DNA of 64,000 nt from Octopus sinensis (Eukaryota), in NCBI RefSeq assembly GCF_006345805.1, contig NC_043007.1, positions 5,828,001 to 5,892,000 of the forward strand, written 5' to 3'. The notes beneath the pieces were generated by a model. It was not told the origin of the DNA, did no database searches, and saw only the letters and a list, made by a program, of their open reading frames with translations. Below, in pieces: positions 55,216 through 64,000 of this stretch (within the stretch, counting starts at the first letter, position 1; each line of letters opens with the position of its first letter). The position numbers were made by a program, and so were the translations under genes.

Positions 55216-56349
55216 TGCCTCAACCTAACAGAAAGAATAGGTACTATTAGTTTCTAATGCAAGCACCAGGGACACACGACGATATGAACTAAATGATACA
55301 CTCATCACCAGAAACTACCCACCTTCACTAATTGACATATGCTTTCAACCTGCCCTTCAACTCAACATCCAGGATCTCAGACATCCCAAATTTAAGAAGG
55401 ATTTACAACCAAAAGCCCTACCATACATCTTCTCTCACTCAACTCTCTTAACAATGAAGCCTTCAACACCATCTTTCACCCCCCCCCCTTGCTACAAAAG
55501 GACCACAAAATGAAATTAATCCTCCAAACACACCATCATATAAAGCAAGAGACAGCCCAAATGTATGAAATGTCTCCTAACACAAGCCCGAAAACGCTCA
55601 ACAACACTGAAGCCGTCAGTAAAAAAATGCCGACAATCTAACTGTAGGATATGCGTCAATTTAATTGAGGGATCAGAGTTCTCCTTCAAACAGGGACGTT
55701 TCATAGTGAACATAGAAGAGTAGTGTTTTGCCAGCGTGCCTTCCCATCGAAGACGACGTATGAGTATTCAGGTTCTGGCGAACGACCGGAACAAATGATT
55801 TATTTATAGAGATAAGATATTTCTGTGCCATGCATTTACTCAAATCGATGTTGTCTGAATAGGGTCACAGTGTACCACGTGGCAGGTGTCGAAGTGATCG
55901 CAGTGTAACGTGAGGTGAAATATTCTCCTCAAGAACAAAACGCTCCACAACATCTAGCAAGTGAAATCAGGATTGGTAAATCTTCTGAGCAACATCTTAA
56001 CCATACATACACACTCAATAACACTATAAAATGGTCGAAATCTTTCCACAAGAACTTAGTTCAATTTGAAAACCCCACCAAAATGGACGAAAGCGCTAAT
56101 ATGTATGATATATGATATAAGTTATATGATGTATAAAAACATATAATATACAAATAAATATCTGTAAATACAAAACCATCCGAATTTCTGGGTACCTCAT
56201 TTCTTCTAAAATACCTGTACATCATCTCCGAACCTTCTAATATATGTACACACATATATATGTATATATATTTAAAACATTACGTTATATAATTGTTGAT
56301 AATATATATATATATATATATTTAAAACATTACGTTATACAATTATTTA

Positions 56350-56395
<46 letters not shown>

Positions 56396-56489
56396 ATGCC
56401 ACATGCCTAATATGTTCACGTGTGTGTATGTATGATTTAATAAAATAAATTCTTCCTAATGTAAAAAAAAAACTTTTGTTTTTTATTAG

Positions 56490-56597
56490 CCAAATGCAAG
56501 TCTGAAAGCAGAATATTATATACTGGGCCTGTTTCATCCAGAGGCATATAAGGAAGCTAATGTAGTCTACCCGCATTGGATGAGGACACATATCAAG
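56490..56597 (+). CDS. PEBP4-like paralog D, exon 2 (PNASLKAEYYILGLFHPEAYKEANVVYPHWMRTHIK)
   Basis: ttttattag acceptor and AAG|gtaagta donor, 108 nt. Confidence 0.9.
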
Positions 56598-56807
56598 GTA
56601 AGTATGATAGATATTTTTATGAAATGTATCTTTTTATGCAGATGTGTGCATTCGTGCATGCAGCTGTCAAATTTAGCACCAAAATGCATATATAATTTCA
56701 CAAATTCGAACGCACCACACACATGTACACACGCATACAAGCAAACAGGCATACACATTCACAGAGATGCACATATCCATACACGCAAACACACACATGC
56801 ATACATA

Positions 56808-58404
56808 CAATGTTCAGCACGGCATCGTTTTCGTCAGAAGTAGGTGTTTTATTTTCTATAATTTTCGCAGACCATAAATATCATATCAATTGTTATTGTC
56901 TGAGATTTTGGTGTAATTTGAGAGGATAATAGAAAAGTTATGCATGATTTAGTGATTTACTGAAAAACAAATGGCGGCCAAAATGATTAGAACGGTTGCT
57001 TATACTCAGTGTTTTAGTATATTTAACCGGCGAACTCTAATGTTTTGAATTTGTTTACGTGACGGTTCGTTTACTAAACATTAGTAAGAGTATCTGCAGC
57101 GTACTTTGTTAATATAATGCCACTTACTCCGTTACCAATTCGTCAGCAGATTATTAAGCTTCGAAAGAAGGATAATTTAAGTATTGGATCTATTGCAAAG
57201 ATTGTTAACAAGTCAAAAAGTGTAGTACACGGTATTCTTAAGGTTGACGATGATTGTGGTTCATGTGAAGCAAGAAAGTCTACAGGTAGGCCAAGAAAAA
57301 CGACCAGGAGAGAAGATCGTGCTATGGTAAATTTGGTTAAAAAGCACAGATTTTAAACTGCTGCTGCTGTTTCTTCGGGATATGAGCATTGTACTGAAGA
57401 AAACTTTATTTCGAAAAACTGTGTCTCGTCGTGTAGTTGAACATAACCTACAAGCAAGAGCACCTGCAGTGAAGTCAGTGATCATCTCCAAGAATAAAAA
57501 GTGTCGTCTTACCTTTGCAACCGAACATGTGTTGTGGTCTCAAGGAAAATGGCAAACGGTGCATTTCCGTGATGTATCTAAGTTGATGTTATTTGCCTCA
57601 GATGAGAAAAGCTACGTTTGTCGAAAAGTAGGTGAAAAATTGTCGCCTTAATGCCTAAAGACTAGTGTTAAATTCGGTGGGGGAAGTGTCATGGTTTGGG
57701 GGATGATATCTGGAGATGGTGTGCGCCCTATGGTGCGATTACATGGAAAGGTAAATGCAGGAGTTTATAAACAACTTGTAAAAGATCATGTCTTGCCTTT
57801 GCTAAGAAATTCAACTAAGCGACCACCCATATTTATGCAGGACAAAGCCCCATGTCACATGGCTAAAGTGGTCATGAACTTTCACAAGGCTGAAAAGATT
57901 ATTGTTATGCATTGGCCTGCTCCAAGCCCAGATCTTAATCCTATTGAAAATGTTTGGAATATTCTAGGAGAACGTTCGAAAGCCAGAAATCCTAAAACAA
58001 CCGAGCAATTATGGAATGTCCTTCAGGAAGAATGGAATAAGATCACCCAGCAAGAAATTGAAAATTTATTTCCTCATGCAGTCGAAGATGTCAAAGTGTG
58101 ATTGAAGCTAAAGGGCTTCACACTAAATATTAAATAATTCCAGTATTCTCTATCATTTTTGATTATTTTGTAATTTTTTTCAACCGTTCTGATAATTTTA
58201 GCCGCCATGGGTTTTGCAGTAAATCACTAAATCATACATAACTTTTGTATTATCCTCTAAAATTACACCAAAATCTCAGACAATAATAATTCATGTCCTC
58301 TTTATTGTTTGTTTAAATTATAGAACATAAAACAACTTTGATAAAAACTTATACTTTATTTTCTGACGAAAACAATGTCGTTCTGAACATTTTGGCCGCA
58401 CTTG
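56808..58404 (+). mobile_element. Near full-length Tc1-family transposon with ~200-bp IR/DR-type terminal inverted repeats; transposase pseudogene at about 57117-58133
   Basis: TA-flanked. Arms about 56808-56998 and 58181-58404 are reverse complements. Motifs GRPRKTT, VMVWG, FMQDKAPCH and SPDLNPIENVW, with stops and frameshifts. Confidence 0.92.
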
Positions 58405-58993
58405 TATATATAGTGAAGAGATTCAAGAAATTGTTTAACTGATAAATCATACTGAATATTGAGGAATTTCAATGAAACCTGTGCTTAAACATTATGAAAG
58501 AAATCAAATATTTATGTAATTTACCGGTTTCAACACTTTTAAAAAATATTATTTCTAATTAATGATGTTGCAATAATTTCTTGATTATATAACTAGCTCT
58601 TGTCGGTGATAATGCTTTAATTTCGTATGTGGTTCGTGATAGTATCAGGGGATAGTATCAGTTAAATATTTACAGTAACGAGGGAAGCAATATATTGAAT
58701 AATTTTTTCGTTCAATTATTAACAGTAATGTATATAGGAATTGAAATTAATAAAATCTGCGTGTTTATGTGCAGTGGCTATAAATTATTGAATCTTTTCA
58801 TTTACCCGACGTTTTCCATGTGTGTCTGTGTATAGTAAAATAGGAAAACGTGTAACATCTATAATATGCTTATATATATATATATATATGAAGTATATTT
58901 ACCACTTAAATGTGGCTAACCCGTATGGCTGGATGCTACTATAGTAACTCCAGCTGGCTATTGACGCACTGTCTGTGAGATTTATTATTATTG

Positions 58994-59057
<64 letters not shown>

Positions 59058-59811
59058 TTTTTTTTTCTTCTTTCAAATTTGCTTCCATTTCTTGCCGAGT
59101 GTCTTCCCGACTTCTAGGGCAAAGAAACTCATAGTATACATTGGTAGTCATTAAACCAAACTCAATAGTTCGTTCTCCTGGGGCTAAATTACAGCAAAAT
59201 TCGTCCTAAACCAAGGCTACCATGTTATGTTCTGTAAAAGTTTGAATAATTTCATGGCAGTTCAAGCTTACAATTGATTTAAGCCAGGCGTCCACTGAAT
59301 AAATTGTTTCAGTTGAAGGCTTTGTGAAATGAGCTCATTTCTAGAACACAACTAAATGGGAAGGAACACCAGTGAGTTTAAGTGGAAAGTAAACAACGCA
59401 GTCCAGATAATCTTGAGAATTGCTCGCTAAGTTTTGAGGATAAGATCGAAAGTTTGTGGTACATCAGCTTTTATATTCCCAGCATCCTGTAATGTTAGCC
59501 AATGGTCCTTTTTCACCTGCCCGGTCGAATACATATATTTGCAACTTCAATCTTTAATATGAAAGTAAGTTCGTTCGCTGTAATCTACTAATGTCACGCT
59601 AGCAAAGTAGATCAACGCCTTCTTGAAGCATTAGGAAGCGATCAACATGCGAAGTGGTCACTCCATTGTCCATGGAGTTGGTGAAATGACGGAAGGCGGT
59701 TCTTACTGAAATTTCTTCTGTTGGTTTTGGAAATCAGATTCTTCATGTTCTTAATATAGCAGCAGCCAAATTTCAGGACATACTATTGAATTATTTTGTG
59801 GATATAGTAGC

Positions 59812-59868
<57 letters not shown>

Positions 59869-60109
59869 CGTTTAGTAGTTGTTGTTGTTGTTGTTGTAAT
59901 ATGTATGTATTTACACACACATGTAGTACTTCTGCTCGTAATCAGAGATACACATACATATAGTCAGCCACTAAGGGACATGCTCAACTGTTGAAGGTCA
60001 AACAACTGACAAGCAAATCTGGAATTGAGCAGAATATTTGCTGTAACCCATCTTTTATACCAAAACCAAACAATGTACATATCACATGAAAGCCACTGCC
60101 TGGGCATTT

Positions 60110-61435
60110 ATATTATTATTATTATTATTATTATTACTTTATTTTTCTTCTTTCAAATTTGCTTCCATCTCTTGCCGAGTGTCTTCCCGACTCCTAGGGC
60201 AAAGAAACTCATAGTATACATTGGTAGGCCATTACACCAAACTCAATAGTTCGTTTTAAGTTAAATTAAAATACATGAGCAGCAACAGTTCTCACATCGA
60301 CAATGCTCTTCGCAATACGTGTGATGCACCAGTTAAGACAATCTTTTGCACTTCTTGCAGGGATGGTAAGCCAGGGATCATTCTCATATAATTTTCGGTT
60401 CCCTTCTTGATCATTCCTAGTGCTCCTACGATCACTGGTATTGTAACCGCCTTGAGATGCCACGTTTTCTCAATTTCAATGAGTAGGTCTTTATTGTTTT
60501 GGTCTTTCACAACAATATCTGGTTTATTGGCCTTGATGGTTCGGTCTGTATGTACTGGAAAGTCCCACAGAATGGTTACATTTTCTCCTTCAGTTACAGC
60601 CTCAGGGTGGTGATTATACCACTTGTCGGCAGTTTTGATATTGTAATGCCGACTTATTAGCCAGTGGAGATATTGGCCAACTCTGTCATGTCTTAATTTA
60701 TACTCCACTGGAGCTAAGACTTTACATCCAGAGATTAGGTGGTCCACTGTTTCAATCATGTCGTTGCAGAATCGGCATTTTGGGTCTGCTCCATTTTTCA
60801 TCACATTGGCCTGGTAGTTCCGGGTTAATAGGCTTTGATCTTGAGCAGTCAGGATGAAACCTTCGCTCTCTGCTTTTAGCCCTGAGCTCCGTAGCCACTG
60901 ATGGGTTTGCTTCTGGTCAACATCAGCTTGTTTGCTGCGGGTCACATATTTGCCGTGCAGAGGTTTCTCCTCCCACCTATCAGCCAATTGCTCGTGCGCT
61001 TTTTTCGTTGCCATCATTTTCACCTTCTTTGCAACAATAACTGCCGTACTTCCCTCGGGTTGTTCTGTTTGGGTATCCTGCACGAGATCAATAGCAAATT
61101 TTTTGCTTTCCTTTATAATAGAATGAAGCTTCTTTCGTCTCTCGTGATTTTCCACGAGCTTTAGCATCCAGTCATTCGGCATTTCGAGATATTTGGCCAG
61201 TCCAATTGTGGTTGTTTTGTAAGCTAGTTCAAATTGGATCAGGCCTCGACCTCCTTGAGCTCTGGGAAGGTAAAGGCGATCTACATCTGCCTTTGGGTGG
61301 TGCATCCTATTACAACTCAGCAGCTTGCGTATTTTCCTATCTATATTCTTTACTTCACTCCTATTCCAGTTCAACACATTGTAGCTATAAGTAACAACTG
61401 GAACTGCTAAGGAATTTATAGCTAACACCTTGTTC
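60110..61435 (-). mobile_element. R4/Dong-like non-LTR retrotransposon 3' portion (RT C-terminus, CCHC knuckle, RLE); its 3' end is also duplicated at about 59045-59175
   Basis: 378-aa ORF 60292-61428 (RLYLPRAQGGRGL, CRFC...ETVDHLISGC, RHDRV, NKPDIVV) followed by a (TAA)n tail. Confidence 0.92.
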
Positions 61436-61498
61436 AGATTTCAGGACTGCACGAACTCTCCTATAACATTCCTTGCATGAACTCTCCTATAACATTCC

Positions 61499-61661
<163 letters not shown>

Positions 61662-62508
61662 CGATCGATTCAAGATGTTTCGAAATAATTGCTGTGATTA
61701 ATAATTCTCGAATATTCCATCTTCCATCTTTCATCTGTGATATAATATATAGATATATATAGTAAATATAAAACACAAAAAACTCAACAACGCTTTCTTT
61801 CATATTAATTGTACTTCGAGCAGAGTTCTTTCGTCACACTTCTGTAATCTCATCAGTGGTCCCTTGCTTTCTTCTTGCTCTTTTGTGTCGCTCCATCTTA
61901 ACGACCTGCCATTTTGTATTCCTGTTGTATGTGTCTTTAATTCGCATGTGTATATCCCTGTGTATGTCTAGGTTCACTAAGTGTGTGTGGGAGGCAGCGT
62001 GTATCGAACCTGCATTATCAGTATCCCCTGTTTATTCACGTTCGTTTAATTTAATTTTATTTTATTTATTTATTTGTTTTTATCTACTTACTTTCTCATT
62101 TCTTTTTTTATTTGCATTTATCTAATTCAATTTAATTTATTATATTTTGTTTATGTATATAATTATTTGGGCCTTGAGAAACACCGGCGGTTTCCTGAAC
62201 CCGCATCTGTTTCTAGTCTATATAAACGACATTTCAGGCGTAATAAAGGACAGCAAAGTGAAAATATTCGCCGACAACTCTAAGCTCCATAAACTTATCA
62301 ACGGAGAAGACCAAACTGAATTCCAGTCTGATCTACATGCTGGACGGCAATGAGCAGACAAAAACAAAATGCAACTAAACGAGAGATAATCTGAGATTAT
62401 GCACTTTGGAAGAATTACTATGCTAAAACAACCATATTATCTTCCTACAGGTGACCCGCTCACAGCGTATGATAATATCAGAGACCGAGGAGTGACTGTT
62501 GAAATCAA

Positions 62509-62547
<39 letters not shown>

Positions 62548-62550
<3 letters not shown>

Positions 62551-63571
62551 AGATCTGGGGACTGTGGTGGCCAGATAAGAATTTCAACTTCACTAGAATG
62601 TTCATTGTGTCATTCAGTAAGAACTTTAGCTGTGTGAATTGATGCATTATCGTCCTGTCCTGAAAGTTTGCGTTCGCATCTAGAAACTTCTCTGAAGCCA
62701 TAGAATGAATTTGATCAGATAAAATGCTTAAATAGTCTTGAGTATTAATTCTGCCTTGAAGGGAAACCATTAGGCCGGCAGATTTCCAAGATAGAGCCCC
62801 GTCCCAGGTCATCAGAAATCTTCCTCCATATTTAACTGTTCGAAGATGGCAGTTTGGGTCAAATGATTCTTTTGGCTGTCTCCACATGTCTACCCGGTTG
62901 GTGGGCGGAAATAAGGTAAAGGATGATTCGTCGGAGAAAGTAACATTTTTCCACTGTTCTAGGGATCAATTCTGTAGGTTTTTACTCCACTCTAAACACT
63001 TTGCAACATTTGTTTTTGAAAGTAGTGGTTTATTGGTTGTAGACCTGGCGTGAAATCCGGCTTTCTGCTGCTCCTGGCGAGCAGTTTTTGTAGAAACAGG
63101 GTCCTCGAGGCGGTCATTAAGCTCGGCAGTAATTTTGAGAGCTGTGCTTTTGTGAGCTTTTCTGACAATTCGCGGAACATTAAGAAAGTCTGAAAGTTTT
63201 GGTTTTCTCCTGGTGTTTTGTTACGGCGAGGATGTTTTTTTCCTCTTTCTCAAAGGCTGTCATTACTTACGAGGCAGTAATTCTTGAGACATCAAACATT
63301 TCGGCTGCTTTCGTTATGCTAGCGCCTGCCATGTAGGCACCAACAATTTGACCTCTTTGAAAGTCCGATACATCTGTCATTTTAATGAATTTCAATTACC
63401 TTTCTCTGATGAAATCTGAAAAGAAACAGCAATTTTAGCAAAAAATATTAAGCAACACTAATAATAAATAAAAAAAACATAAATATAAAGAAGACTTTGA
63501 CGGTTTTACAGATATTTCAAAGTTATGATGCAATGATGCTAGGTTTTTCCACTATTTTGTCCTACACCTGT
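62548..63571 (-). mobile_element. Tc1-like transposon remnant (paralog D intron 2)
   Basis: Near-identical to 42097-43088. Confidence 0.85.
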
Positions 63572-63754
63572 ATATGTACAAGCCTAGATAAGTAACTAAA
63601 AGCATGAGAATACATGGATAAAAGGTACGAATCTACTAATACATACATAGAAACATAAATGCATGCATAAAGCATACATACATACATACATACATACATA
63701 TAATACATAAATATATTTCATAATATATATATACATATATTATACTAATTTCAG

Positions 63755-63806
63755 CGCTCAGAGCTGCAACAAAGTGGCGTAACACCAGCATCACGCGACT
63801 CAGTAC
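63755..63806 (+). CDS. PEBP4-like paralog D, exon 3 (RSELQQSGVTPASRDSV+C); last exon expected beyond the window
   Basis: aatttcag acceptor and gtaagta donor, 52 nt (one extra codon, frame preserved). Confidence 0.87.
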
Positions 63807-63965
63807 GTAAGTACTGTTTTCACTACGTTATTTACATTATTTACATTCGATGGATATTTGTCCTCATTTTTGTTGTTGTTAACACATCGTTTCTGCTGTT
63901 ATACCCTGAAGCCTTCATCAGGTGTCTTGAGGGAATTTCGAAACTGGGTTCTCATTCCTAAGGTA

Positions 63966-64000
<35 letters not shown>

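Overview
AT-rich, microsatellite-dense animal genomic DNA with spliceosomal introns. The repeat landscape of (TA)n/(TACA)n tracts, tRNA-like SINEs, Penelope, R4/Dong, CR1, Tc1, hAT and Helitron remnants looks like an octopus/cephalopod genome (inference). Almost all ORF-track entries are spurious. Hidden among the repeats is a head-to-tail, + strand tandem array of four 4-exon paralogs that I assembled by hand from GT-AG exons with consistent phases (0, 0, 1). Each has the layout signal peptide + PEBP/RKIP domain (most like secreted PEBP4) + C-terminal GPI-anchor-like signal. Copy A (exon 1 lies upstream of the window) keeps the canonical DPD and GxHRY pocket motifs, but its hydrophobic tail is out of frame. 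Copy B has one premature TAA. Copy C is intact (214 aa) but has a rewritten pocket (HPE / GLNHF). Copy D (exon 4 lies beyond the window) differs from C almost only by amino-acid-changing substitutions, while shared intronic DNA is nearly identical, which points to diversifying selection. Other notable items are several minimal hammerhead-ribozyme-like motifs tied to Penelope-type inverted repeats, a tandem Helitron-like pair and a perfect 86-bp palindrome.
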